The notes: generated from the sequence alone by a model not told the origin. Counted from the stretch's first letter, positions 26,501 to 39,620 are shown. The stretch is DNA of 64,000 bases from Hemiscyllium ocellatum (GCF_020745735.1 NC_083408.1:6089131-6153130); one strand, 5' to 3'. A program made the numbers and translations.

Positions 26501-27229
26501 ACGTTTAATTAGGCTATATGAAGTGCAATCATCGGGAGAATAAGATAAATATTTACTTCTCTCGGCTAGGATGGGAGGTCGGCCTGACTGTACGAATAAT
26601 TGTACATTTCCCACATTGGCCCGGCCAGCATGTCTACGAACTCCTTTTAAATTTCACTCTAAAATCCATCTGGGCCCTGTGCTTTACCACTCTGGAGCTG
26701 CCTCACCGCCTCTTGCATCTTTTGGATTGTCAGAGGGGCATTCGAAAGTGACACCCACTCTGACGTTACACCTGGGAGGTCCAGGATACTGAAAAAAAGG
26801 GCTTCATTGTTGCCAATCTGTCCTTACAGCCCGCTGAGTGGAAGAGCCCAGAAAAGAACGTCATGAATGCTGCATTAATCTTTCTGGGATCGCAGGTGAT
26901 TTTATCAGCACACGCGCTAATGGATGTGATCGACTTGGGGCACTCTTCTTTCTGGCCAAGTACACCAGATATCTACCCGAATTATCACCATACTCGAGTA
27001 CCCGTTCAGAGTAGCGCGGAGCATTGTAATCTGCTGCAATTTATTTACAGACGGTCTGTCAAAATACGGTCTGTCAGCTGCTGCTCTCCCTTCTACTGCT
27101 TCCGAGTCGCCGAGTAAGAAATAATGAAATCCCTTGCATAGGTCTTGGGAGTCTCCCAGAGCACTGTCGGTTTACTGTCCGTCCAAATTAATGGACTTTT
27201 TTAAAAAATCCCATGAAAAATATTCAATA

Positions 27230-28006
27230 AGAAAGCAAATCTTAGCAGGACTTATACACTTAATGGTAAGATCTTAGGAAATGTTGCTGAACAAAGAGAC
27301 CTTGGAGTGCAGGTTCATAACTCCTTGAAAGTGGAGTCGCAGATAGATGGGATAGTGACGAAGGCGTTTGTATGCTTCCCTTCATTGGACAGAGGTCTGA
27401 GTATAGGAGTTGGGAGGTCATGTTGCGGGTGTACAGGTCATTGGTTAGGTCAATGTTGGAATATTGCATGTAATTCTGGTCTCCTTCCTTTCGGAAAGAT
27501 GTTGTGAAACTTGAAAGGGTTCAGGAAAGATTTACAAGGATGTTGCTGGGGTTATAAGATTTCAGCTACAGGGAGAGGCTGAACAGGCTGGGGCTGTTTT
27601 CCCTGGAGCGTCATAGCCTGAGAGGTGACCTGATAGAGGTTGACAAAATTATGAGGGGCATGGATAGGACAAATAGACAAAGTCTTTTCCCTGGGGTCGG
27701 GGAGTCCAGAACTAGAGGGCATATGTTTAGGGTGAGAGGGGAAAGATATAAAAGAGACCTAAGGGTCAACTGTTTCACGCAGAGTGTGGTACGCATATGG
27801 AATGAGCTGCCAGAGGATGTGGTGGAGGCTGGCACAATTGCAACATTTAAGAGGCATTTGAATGGATATATGAATAGGAAGGGTTTGGAGGGATGCGTGC
27901 CGGGTGCTGCGAGGTGGGACGAGATTTGGTTGGGATATCTGGTCGACATTTACGGGTTGGACCGAAGGGTCTGTTTCCATGTTGTACATCTCTATGACTC
28001 TATGAC
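27230..28006 (+). mobile_element. 5'-truncated CR1/HER1 LINE inserted in L1 ORF2
   Basis: MRGMDRTNRQSLFPGVGESRTRGHMFRVRGERYK...WNELPEDVVEAG; tail ctctatgactctatgact. Confidence 0.93.
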
Positions 28007-28423
28007 TAGCTCTCCCTCAGGAGGAAAGTATTCATGCACCACTGTTGCGCGCCTGTCCCATCACCACCATTCATAACCTTGATATACACTGCCACAAGAT
28101 CAGAAATGGCTATGTTCCCAATTCTACAGAACAGCACTGAATTCAAAAAGGCCAATGGGACAAAAAAAAAACATGTCAATGCTCGTTTGGCACTAATGTG
28201 GGATAGGTAAAAATGTGAGGTCCCTACCCTAATGGTGGGCCATCTCCACACATCCACCAAGCCCAGCTCCCTGTTTAGATCCACCAGCTGCTAGATTGCA
28301 GGGAAATATCCGCGATAACCCAAACACCCTATCCACCTTGGGATCCCTATGTCGGTTAAATTCTCCCCCTATAATTTGATAACGCTCCCCAAGGGCCATC
28401 AACCTGGAGACCGCATCCGTCAA

Positions 28424-31400
28424 TGTGAAGGGTGTACCAGCGGCAAGATGGAGGACGGGAAAACTTTGTGGCTTTTTTTGAGGTATTTTAGATGCTGGTG
28501 GTGATTTTCTCGAATTCCAGGAGCAGCAATTACTGTTTTATATGCTGTTGCATTGCTTTGGAACTTTGCGGAAAAACCAATGACAAAACAACTGCAGTTT
28601 CAAAAGCGGCAAGAACAGACAAAAGAAGCACATGGTGAGGACAATGTTGGGGAGAGAGACAGAGAGAGCGAGCGAGAGAGAGAGAGAGAGGCAGAGAGAC
28701 GGAGAGACAGAGACAGAGACAGAGAGCGACAGAGAGAATCTGCACAATTATTGCCTTTGTTGTTTTTGAATTTATGTATCGCTGGACATCGGAGTGCGTC
28801 TGGGAAAATTAACAAACAGTGAATTTCACGTCTAATCTTGGAGAAACCTGTTCGGACGAAGTTCACAACACAGAATCAGATAAGTTAATCGTTGTTTTAA
28901 GTCTGCCCAATAGAAAGGCTGCAGTAGTGAGTATTGTGGGTTCTTTCTTGATTATATATTTTTGGATATGAGTCTCTTGATTAAACTTAAAATATAAGCC
29001 ATAGCTGTTCATTTAACCTGGTGCATTGTTTTTAGGAGAAGGTGTTATTTACTGGGTGTATAAATTGCGAAGGAGCAAAAATGGCCTTTGCAATGAAATG
29101 TACTTCTTGTCAGATGTGGGAGTTTAAAGGCAGTTTAAGGGTTACTGCGGATTATATCTGCCACAAATCAAATGGATCGGTTGGATAAACAGTTAGAAGC
29201 GATGAGGAATTTGCAACAGCAACAGTATGTGATGGATGGCAGTTATAGGAAGGGGGGGAAGTCTCAGATGCAGTCACATAGATGGGTTAACTCCAAGAAG
29301 GTTAAGAGAGGTAGGCAGATAGCTTTTGTGAATGTACCCATCTTAAAAAGGTATGCTGTTTTGGAAAATGTAGGTGGAGATGGACTCTCAGAGGAACGTA
29401 GCACAACAGTCAAGTTTGTGGAATTGAGACAGGCTCTAATGCAACGAGTGGTACATCGGCTTCCAAGAGATCAATTGTGCTAGGAGATTCTGTAGTCCGA
29501 GGTACAGACAGATGTTTCTGTGGCCAGTAGAGGAAAAGCACAATGGAGTGATGTTTCCCAGGTTCCAGAATCAAGGATTTCTCAGAAAGGGTGCAGAATG
29601 TTCTCTCGGTGGGGGAGGTGGGGTGGGGGGAGGATTCAGCAAGAGATCGTTGTCAACATTGTCTAACAGGGAAGGCAGATGAACTCAGGGCATGGTTAGG
29701 AACATGGGACTGGGATGTTATAGCAATGACAGAAACGTAGCTCAGTGATGGGCAGGACTGGCAGCTTAATGTTCCAGGAAGGAGAGAAAGGGACGCAATA
29801 GAGGAGGGGGAGCGGCATTTTTGATAAGGGTTAGCATTACATCTGTGCTGAGGAAGGATATTCCAGGAAATATATCCAGGGACATTATTTGGGTAGAACT
29901 GAGAAATAAGAAAGAGATGATCACCTTTTTGGGATTGTATTATAGACCCCACCAATTGTCAGAGGAAAATTGAGAAACAAATTGAAATGATATCTCAGCT
30001 ATCTATAAGAATAATAGGGTAGGTAAGGGAAGGGATTTTTACCTTTCCAAACATAGACTGGGACTTCCAATGTGTTAAAGGTTTAGATGGAGAGGAATTT
30101 CTTAAAAGCGTGCAAGACAATTTTCAAATTCAACATGTGAATACACCTACGAGAGAAGGTGCAAAACTTGACCTACTCTTGGGAAATAAGGTAAAGCAGG
30201 TGACTGAGATGTCAGTGGGGGAGACCTTTGGACCAGCGACCATAATTCTATTCGTTTTAAAATACTGATGAGAAAGGATAGGCGAGATCTAAAAGTTGAA
30301 GTTCGAAATTTGAGAAAGGCCACTTTTGACGGTATTAGGCAAGAACTTTCGAAAGCTGATTGCAGGCAGATTTTCGCAGGTAAAAGGATTGGCTGGAAAA
30401 TGGGAAGCCTTCAGAAATGAGGTAACAAGAATCAAGAAAAAGTATATTCCAGTCAGGGTGAAAGGAAAGGCTGGTAGGTATAGGGAATACTGGATGACTA
30501 AAGCAATTGAGGATTTGGTTAAGAAAAAGAAGGAAGAATATGTCAGGTATAGACAAGATAGATCGAGTGAATCCTTAGAAGTGTATGACGGAAGTTGGAT
30601 ATACTTAAGAGGGAAATCAGGAGGGCAAAAGGTTGACATGAGATAGCATTTGCAAATATAAATAAGGAGAATGCAAACGGTTTTAACAAATATATTCGGG
30701 ACAAAAAGGTAACTAGGGAGAGAATAGGCCCCCTCAAAGATCAACAAGGCTGCCTTTGATTGGAGCCGCAGAAAATTAATAGTTTGCATCAGTATTTACT
30801 GTGGAAAAGGATAGGGAATATATAGAGGGTAGGAAAATACATGGTAACATCTTGCAAAATGTCCAGATTACAGAGGAGGAAGTGCTGGATGTCTTGAAAC
30901 CGGTAAAGGTAGATAAATCACCAGGTCCTGATCAGGTGTACCCGAGAACTCGTATAGAAGCTAGAGAAGAGATTGCTGGGCACCTTGCTGAGGTATTTGT
31001 ATCATCGATAGTCCCACATGATGTGCCGGAACACTGGAGATTGGCAAACGTGGTGCCTCTGTTTAAGAAGGCCAGTAAAGACAAACCAGAGAACTATAGA
31101 CCGGTAAGCCTGACCTCGGTGATGGGCAAGTTGTTGGAGCGAATCCTGAGGGACAGGATGTACATGCATTTGGAAAGGCACGGTCTCATTATGGATAGCC
31201 ACCATGGCCTTGTGCGTGGGAAATCATGTTTCACAAACTTGATTGAGTTTTTTGAAGAAGTAACAAAAAGGATTGATGAGGGCAGAGCAGTGGATATGAT
31301 CTATGTGGACTTCAGTAAGGTTCGACAAGCTTCCCCATGGGAGACTGATTAGCAAGGTTACATGTCATGGAATACAGGGGGAAATTTCTATTTGGATACA

Positions 31401-32478
31401 GAACAGGCTCAAAGGTAGAAGAGAGAGGGTGGTGGTGGAGGGTAGTTTTTCAGAATGGAGGCCTGTGACCAGTGGAGTGCCACAAGGATCGGTGCTGGGT
31501 CCACTACCTTTTGGCATTAACATAAATGATTTGGATGCGAGCATAAGAGGTACAGTTAGTAAGTTTGCAGATGACACCAAAATTGGAGATGTCATGGACA
31601 GCGAAGAATGTTTCCTCAGATTACAACAGGATCTAGACCAATTGGGCCAATGGGATGACAAGTGGCAGATGGAGTTTAATTCAGATAAATGCGAGGTGCT
31701 GCATTTTGTGATAGCAAATCTTAGCAGAAATTACACACTTAATGGCAAGGTCCAAGGGAGTGTTGCTGAACAAAGAGACCTTGGAGCGCAGGTTCATTGC
31801 TCATTGAAAGTGGAGTCGCAGGTAGATAAGATAGTGAATAAGGCGTTTGGTTTTTTTTTATTGTTTAGAGTATTGAGTACAGGAGTTTGGTGGTCATGCT
31901 GCGGCTGTACAGGACATTTTTTACACCACTGTTGGAATATTGCATGTTACTCTGGTATCCTTCCTTTCAGAAAGATGTTGTGAAACCTGAAAGGGTTCAG
32001 AAAAGATTTACAAGGATATTGCAAGGGTTGGAGGATTTCAGATATTAGGAGAGGCTGAACAGACCGGTGCTGTTTTTTCTGGAGATTCGGAGGCTGAGGG
32101 GAGACCTTATATAGTTGCACAAAATTATGAGGGACATGGATAGAGTAAATAGACAAAATATTTTCCCTGGGGTTGGGGTGTACAGAACTAGAGGGCATAG
32201 GTTTAGGGTGAGAAGGGAAAGATAGAAAAGAGACCTGAGAGGCAACCTTTCAAGGGTGGTACGTGTGTGGAATGAGCTACCAGAGGAAGTGTTGGAGGTT
32301 GGTACAATTGCAACATTTAAAAGACATTTGGATGGTTATATGAATAGGAAGGGTTTACAGATATGTGGGCTGGGTGCTAGTAGGTGCAACTAGATTGGGT
32401 TGGGATATCTGGTCAGCATGGACGGGTTGTACCGAATGGTCTGTTTCCATGCTGCACATCTCTATGACTCTATGACTC
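28424..32478 (+). mobile_element. Near full-length CR1/HER1 LINE (5' UTR, zinc-finger/esterase ORF1, EN-RT ORF2) with internal deletion, inserted in the L1 endonuclease region
   Basis: ORF1 MAFAMKCTSCQMWEF...DYICHK and IVLGDSVVRGTDRCFCG (SGNH esterase); ORF2 GKADELRAWLGTWDWDVIAMTET, KSPGPDQVYPR, PENYRPVSLTS, SGVPQGSVLGP, KFADDTKIG; tail tctatgactctatgactc. Confidence 0.95.
28650..28738. repeat. (GA)n/(GACAGA)n microsatellite inside the CR1 5' UTR
   Basis: Directly visible. Confidence 0.95.
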
Positions 32479-33409
32479 TCTCCCATGTTCCTCTCTATGT
32501 ATTAAGGCTTTATGGATCAGAAACAGCTGGCATTCGTTTTTAATTTGAACAAACAACTGACATAGAAGATTCTTCTGAATGAGAAAATCTGCTCCTCTAC
32601 GTTTTGAATTAAAGGATGAAAATAATACCCAGCCAAACACTCTCTTCTGGAACTGTAAATGTTCCTTATCGGTTAGATATCTTTTTTTCTGGCACCAAGG
32701 CTACATTGACTCTTTCCTTTCCAAGGCCTGAAAGCATTAATTGGTGAATGACTCCCGTTTCATGTTCCAGGAGCACCATTTAAATGAGCGGTTAGCCATA
32801 ACCATCTGATACAGCCCGCGATCAACCTGTGAGGAAGGACTTCTTTTCTTGTGCACTGCGAGAATGTGGTAAACAGTTTGTATAAACTTGAAAATACAAC
32901 TGCATAAACTACCAACTCTAAACTCCTAACCACTCCTTGTAAAATGAACTAACATATAACACAAATAAGAGGTGATTCTTCCTCCTTCCCCACAGGGAGC
33001 GCTTATACTACCCACTAATCCCCCTCGGCTCCTACTAGTTGAAGCTGCTCGCCAAACCCAGGCAAAACAAACTTTAAAAAGTCACATGTTCTTACACAAG
33101 AATATTAAAAGTGGGCACTCAATCCGTCTCATCCCTTTTCCAAGGCAGTCCTGGTGAAAAAAAGGAACCCTCCACCTACCCTCCCCCCGCCCCCACGAAC
33201 ACTGCCTCCATTCCGTACTAAGAGAGAGAAATGTATAGGGAATTATAGAGAAAAAAGCTTAATGGGAGGGAAGGAAGAAAGGAGAAAAGAGGGAAAGAAA
33301 AATGAATGGGACCTCTACATATTAAAAACAAAACAAAACCAGGTAAACGAGGGAAACCACAGAGGAAACAAAGAGAACATGATTGCCCATATTATTTGAG
33401 CCAGCCAAT

Positions 33410-34259
33410 TTATCTTAAGGTGTCCAGGAAATCCTTTACATTTTCTAGTGAGTCAAAACTAAACACGGGCCCTCCGTGGTTGAAACGTAATATTGTCGGT
33501 ATCTTACAATATACTGAATTTTCAATTCCCTCAGCTTCCTTTTTACTCTATCAAAGGCCTGCCTCTTGTGGATCATGGCCACAGAAAGGACATGGAAAAA
33601 CATAATTCGTGATCCTTTGGATATAAGAGTTGTGGATCCTTCCCCAGTGCTGGAGAACCATTTGTTTCTCTCAATAGTGTTGGAGTTCTACAAGGAATAG
33701 GCGGCGGGTGTTGGTCTCACCCGGGCTCGCGCACTGCCAGCCGCTGGGCCTGCTCGACCTGCACCCAATCCGCCACGTATTCCAGCTTCAAAATCTACCG
33801 AAGCCATTTCTCCAAAAACTGATGGGCTGGCCTTATTCTTCCCGTTCCGGCAGCCCGAACAGGAAGATATTCTTATGATGGCTTCGATTTTTAAAGTCGA
33901 CCTGCTCTTCCACGTCGGGTACCCGCCATCCCAAGGTTTCGACCCGACCTGCAGGGGATTCCACTGCAGTTTTGGAGGACACAGTCCGCTGCTCCACCTC
34001 CATGACATGTGTCTGAGACGCTGGATCTCCTAGTCATGCTTCTGCAGCATGGTCTAGAACGGTTCCAGCCTGGTCTGGGTCTCCTCCATCTCGGAATCAA
34101 TCCTCTCTCGGAGTTTTACGTATTCCATGACCAAGCACTGCTCTAATGGTAAGTCCCTTGGCAGGTTCGCAGAGACCAACGGCAGGGCCGCGGGCGAATC
34201 CGTTGCTGCAGGGCAGTGCCTGCTAATTGCGATCCATGTGGTGTTTTACACTTGGTCAT
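33410..34259 (-). pseudogene. L1 ORF1p (coiled-coil/RRM/CTD) remnant
   Basis: Starts MTKCKTPHGSQ; contains NRSHHKNIFLFGLPEREE (typical ENRxRRxNxRxxGxPE motif); ends VFSFDSLENVKDFLDTLR*; frameshifted. Confidence 0.75.
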
Positions 34260-36720
34260 TTTCCTTACTCACTTCAACTGACAAATATCAATATCGGGGA
34301 TCAGTATTTTTACCACAATGGATAAGAAAGAGAAGGTGAATTGACCACTTTGTCTGGGTTCTGGTGTAGAGCTGAGCAGGGCAAACCCACTGGGTCGGCA
34401 ACATTTTCGATCTGCCCCGAAAAGAAATCACCTTTAATGACGTTTTTTGAAAAATGGTTTGAAGCTGTTTCTTGTAGACAGAGACAATGGCAAACTAGTA
34501 GATGTGATACAGTTTGATATTCAGTTTTAAGAGCTCAGACAGTAAGTAGTAAATAATATTAAACCAAAGTGGTTCAGGAGAGACATTTGGAAATTGAAAG
34601 GTAAAGGTGAAGTTGGCCTTCATTTAAAGGAAACGGGAACATGGAAGTAAAGATGTTCTGCACAGGCTGCATGGAATGCGGATGAGATTATACCTGTGTT
34701 CTGTACTGTTTCCAAAAATGAGAGGTGATCTCAGGGAAACTTAGAAAATTCAAATACAGGAGACTAACTAATACGAGTGCTTGAAGAAATGCAGCAGGCA
34801 AGGTTCGAGAGAATTCCAATATACTCTACAAAACAAATATCTAGTAGAACAGAATAACCAGGGAACAATTAGATCCAATTAGAAACCAAGGGGGCAATCA
34901 GTACGTGAAGCTGGAGAACATTGGTGGATTATTACACGAGTGCTTCTTACCTATTTTACCTGGGAGACGAAGGATGCAGTTGCAGAATTCGAGAAGATGC
35001 ATTGAGAGCTCTAAACTAAGATGCAAGTTGGGATGATGTAAACCTACATGAGTTGTATCACAGGATCGTGTTTCAGACAAGAGACGAAATTATCTGACCA
35101 AATGTTTAAGTCTATTCTGACCAAAAGGTAGGTTCCAGACGACTGGAGAGCAGCAAATGTGTTGGAGATAGACCAGTGTCTTTTGGTGCACCACAGGGAG
35201 CAGTGCAGTATACTTTATTATTTGTAATATTCAGAAATTGTGTAATTATGAATGTGAAGGGGTCGTGTGAGGGGAGAATTAGGGCGTGTGATAGGTAAGA
35301 TTCTGTTTGACACAAAGATTAGCCAGGTCGTTGGCAGTTAGGAGGAAGACCTTATTTTAGAGGAAGATACAGATGGAATGGTCAGAAGGTCAGATCAATG
35401 GCAGATGTAATGTAACGCTGATAAATATGAGGTGATGTACTTTGGAAGAAGGAGCCAGACAGGGGAATACTCAATGAATGGCAGCACACTAGGAAGCTCA
35501 GAGGTTACTTCTCCACACATCTCTGAATGTGATTGAACAGTGTAATATCTAGTTCAGAAAGCACATGGGACTGCAGGCATTTTGTTTATTCATCGAGACG
35601 TTCATAATATGATTGTAAACACACCATTGTTTAGGCCATAGATAGAATGCTGCGTGCAGTTCTGGGAGCTACATTACAGTAAGAATATGATTGCACTGGA
35701 GGGGGTACAGATGAGATTCACCGAGATATTCACTGGGATGGAATTTATCAGGGATGAAGAGAGATTGGATAAGCTCGGGTTGTTTACTTTCGAACAGATA
35801 GGGCTGAAGGGGAGGTGATTCAGAAGGATAAGATTACAAGGGACATGGACAAGGTGAACAGACAGCAGCTGCTCCTTTTGGTCAAAGGGCCAAGAACAAG
35901 GGATAAGACATTTAAAGTGAAGGTTTAGAGAGACTTTGGCAATTGTTTTTCACGCAGAGATTGTTGTGGTCTAGAATGCACTCCCTGAGAGGGGTGTCAT
36001 CGTGGGTCACCTCACAACTGTGAAGAAGTACATGGACCAGCATCAGACTCTCATAACATTCCCAGCTACAGGCTGCATGTAGGAATGTGGGAATAATGTA
36101 TATCATGCTGTATTTCTGATCTTGCAGAATATCTCCTTCTCTGATTGTATGATTGTGAAAGTGTAGTCATTGAGCAGCCTAAGGCAGACATTGCTGGGTT
36201 CTGAAAACACGTATCAATTAAGGTTATACGACTCAACTGCAATAACTTCCAAAAGTATGTCATTGTGAAAATAAACAAAAAATAGCAGTTTATTACAATC
36301 TGAAACCAGAGAATATGGAATCGAATCAGGGAATTCGCAAAACTGTGAAGCAAGTACTTCAATTCTGTCTTCACAGAAGAAAACATCAACAAAATAAGAA
36401 AAACTTCCATGCACGACTAGGAACTCCAAGTCATGTGAAAAAAAATAGAATTAAATTAGTAAATACATGGTTTTATAGAAAATATTGGGACTGAATGTAA
36501 TGAACATAGACAACGTCAGCATAAATTTAGGCAATGGAAATCAGATCCTGGCTGGTTAGTTAATTATGGTGAAGCAATGGATGCAATGTATCTGAATATT
36601 TGGAAAGTTTTTCGGTAAAGTTTCAAAACTAGTGTGCAGCATCGCATCTTATGGAACTCGGGCTAACGTATGGATCTGGCCTTAGCACGGCATAGCTGGC
36701 AGGAAACAATGAGTGGAATA

Positions 36721-37510
36721 TTTTGATATCGATTTTAAGTTTACACTCAGGTATATTTTACAGGGTAAATACAAGACATGTCTGCATCAAACTGGCACCG
36801 CTTTAAATGATGTGAACACTGAATATTGAAAAAAAGAAAGGTATAGCTGAAAGAAAGTCCATGGGTCCTGAGTCAGCTCCTTACTATCGGTAACACCTGC
36901 ATCCCCCATCACCGGACACAAGCTTCATCACCATTTACACCAGAGGCCACGAACATCGAAGTTGCTGATCCTCAGGTGCCATCTTTGCCGCTGGGCCAAT
37001 ACTCTTCCATCACCGCCTCGTCGCCCCCAATGGCAGACCCTCCAATATCAGAGACATGCCACTTACATGTCTCATCGATGTTGCCATGATGCCCTTCCAT
37101 CGTCGACTTCATCAGCATCAACGCAGCACCCAAAACAACAACGAAGTCCACAAGCCTCTGGCATCACCTTATGCTACTGGGCCTACCTCACACACGTTGC
37201 CCCTGCTGATGTAGCAGGCTACAATTCCAGGTCCTGTGCTTGCTCCGGAAAAGTAAGCAGGGACACACTCTCCTCTTCACTGGGCCCAGCTCAAGGTCCA
37301 TACAATGTGCTGCACTTGAAACCTCTCGAGGGCCATGCCCTGAGTCCATTCAAATCCTGCATGTTTGGGCTCTCGTTACTGCTGATGCTGTCCAAGCTAC
37401 AAGGTCAGTAAGTTACAGAGAGAAAAGAGAGGGAGAGAAAATAAGGGGGAAAAGCAAGTCAGAGGGTACATGCTCCAGTAAAGGAGCGCTTGAACCAGAA
37501 ATACCGGATT
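36721..37510 (-). mobile_element. About 790-bp non-autonomous insertion of unknown family, absent from the paralog
   Basis: The paralog at about 49945-49975 joins the two flanks directly (gagtaggaataaaactt); the left end reads on the minus strand like a LINE-type AT-rich tail. Confidence 0.6.
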
Positions 37511-39435
37511 AAAAAGACCTTTTTATTGGAGTCGAAGGCTCATGGTGTATCACAGGGATCGGGGATTGGACCCCAGCTATACCTAACACACATGCAACAT
37601 TTGGTTGAGGAAACCAAATGCAATGTTTTCCATTCTGCTGACAGCACTAAACCATCTTAGATTGTCAGTGGGTATGGGGGATGTAGAAACGCTCGAAATT
37701 GATTCAGATAAGTGGAGTGAATGTTTGGCAGATGTAGAGCAGTATGGGTAGATGTGACGTTGTGCCCTTCGTTGAATAAATAGAACAGCAGCTGACCAAT
37801 TTAAAAGTGCTTGGTTCTAACATGCTGATCTGGAAAGGGACTTATGCTCCTTTATTTGCTTCCATCTGCGCAGCCTCCGAGGTCCATGTAGAGCAGTGAG
37901 TCCTGAATCCAGAAATCAATACGAGAAATAGCATTGGTACGCTGACCAGTGTATATAGACCCAGGAAGTGGGGAGCTGTAACATCGAAAAATATCTCCCT
38001 GTACACCAGTCACTGAAAGCAATATTGCAGGAACAGAAAGCAGTTAGTAAGATAAATAATGTGTTAACCTTCATTTCAGGGTGATTTGAGTTCAGGAGTA
38101 AGGTTGTTTTACTGCAGCTGTACAGGGCCTTGGTGAGACCCCATCTCGAACATTTTATAGTATTGTGTGCAGTTTTGGTCACCTTATCTAATAACGGACA
38201 AACCTGACATTGACGGAGTGCAGTGAAGAATGGCCAGACTGATCTCTGGATGACAGGTGAGTTGTGGGAGCAGAGTATGACGCGACTGGGCCTCTATTCT
38301 ATGATATTTATGAAAGTGCGTGGAGATCTCAGTGAAATAATAAAACTCTGACAGGGTGAGACATATTGGAAGTATGGATGATAACTCCGCTGGCTGAGAT
38401 ATCCTAAACCACGGGCCACAGTATTAGGTGCAGACTGGCCACACTGCATTGAGATGAAAATAAATGTCTCAGAGACTGGTGAACCTAGGGAATTCTCTCC
38501 CAGATCAGTTTCCAGGCACTGATTATATACAAGGATTTCTGGACAGTAAGAGGGTAGTGATAACAGGCTTATGGTGTGAGATGAAGGGTCAGCTGTCCTT
38601 GCATAAATGGGATCGAACACTCTACCACTGTAGTTCCTATTTTATATTTTTCCGATGGTTAATCACGTTGCGGGATATGTGTATTGTTTGGGAAAACAGT
38701 AAGGAGATTTCCTCCATGAGCTGCAATGGGGGGAGGCTCAGTGTGTTGAATGACCTACTAATTTCCCGATGTTTCTGTGCAGTCTGTGGAAAAGCTCTGT
38801 CAATGCTGTCAGAAGCTCTCAGATTTCAATAAGGAAGTCTCTGCAGGGACAACAGAACTGTGTTTCCCACACCCTTTTCCTATACTGACGCTGGTGCTGT
38901 GAATTCTGTCCGGGTTTGTCGTTTAAGACTTCAGAGCAGTTTGATGCAATTGAGTGTCTTCCTTGGCACACTTAGAGACATTTGAAGTTTGTATTACATG
39001 TCTGTGTTCTTGGAGCCAGTTTTAGGCCAGAATAGGAAAGCACGGGAGATTCACTTCCTTAAAGTACATTGGAGAAGGAGATTGGTGTTTACAAATTCGC
39101 TTCAAGGTCACGACGACTGACCAGATTTTACAATTCGATGTTTTCTTAATTGTTTTTAACTTCCACCAGCTGCCAGAGCATTGGTCTGGTCTGTATTAGT
39201 AATCCAGTGACATTTCTACAACAGCACCATCTCCACATGGGGACCTATCAGAAATCATAATGAGCAAGTTATTTCTGTGCTGCTTGACAGATCTGTCGGA
39301 AATGACTCCCTTTGGTTGGAATATCGTGATGGGACAGAGGGGGTAGTAATTGGACAGATTGTAATTTTTCCCTCTTGGGGACTGGATATAGCGGAGTAAA
39401 TTTCCACATTGCCATGTAGGTGCCAGACAGTGTAC

Positions 39436-39620
39436 GGCACGGTGGCACAGTGGTTAGCACTGCTGCCTCACAGCGCCTGACACCCGGGTTCAATTCCCGA
39501 CTCAGGCGACTGACTGTGTGGAGTTTGCACGTTCTCCCCATGTCTGCGTGAGTTTCCTCCGGGTGCTCCGGTTTCCTCCCACAGTCCAAAGATGTGCGGG
39601 TTAGTTGAATCGGCCATGCT
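39436..39620 (+). mobile_element. Young HE1-type SINE, 3' part missing
   Basis: Well-preserved head ggcacggtggcacagtggttagcactgctgcctcacagcgcc with B box gggttcaattccc and V-domain gtgtggagtttgcacgttctcccc. Confidence 0.92.

Larger units (their letters stand above)
23980..34419 (-). mobile_element. Near full-length L1-clade LINE (about 5.6 kb after removing two CR1 insertions), inactivated
   Basis: ORF1 remnant about 34259-33410; ORF2 starts MANRSFKWCSWNMK at 32799; RT motifs DAEKTFD, GRGSRQGCPLSPLLFILVIEPLA, FADDVLLFL (25899-26363); LSISWLGRISPVKMNVLPRLLY (25496-25855); C-terminal LKVLHR...LAKFK (24689-24874). Confidence 0.9.

Noticed and set aside
30801-31983. 183-aa and 226-aa RT ORFs as an active or domesticated reverse transcriptase
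   Set aside because: Frameshifted pieces of an ordinary CR1 ORF2 with stops on both sides
36962-37411. 149-aa ORF
   Set aside because: Lies in the GC-rich body of a copy-specific insertion; no motif, likely a chance ORF
39436-39500. tRNA gene
   Set aside because: The A/B boxes belong to a SINE head followed directly by the V-SINE body; no complete cloverleaf
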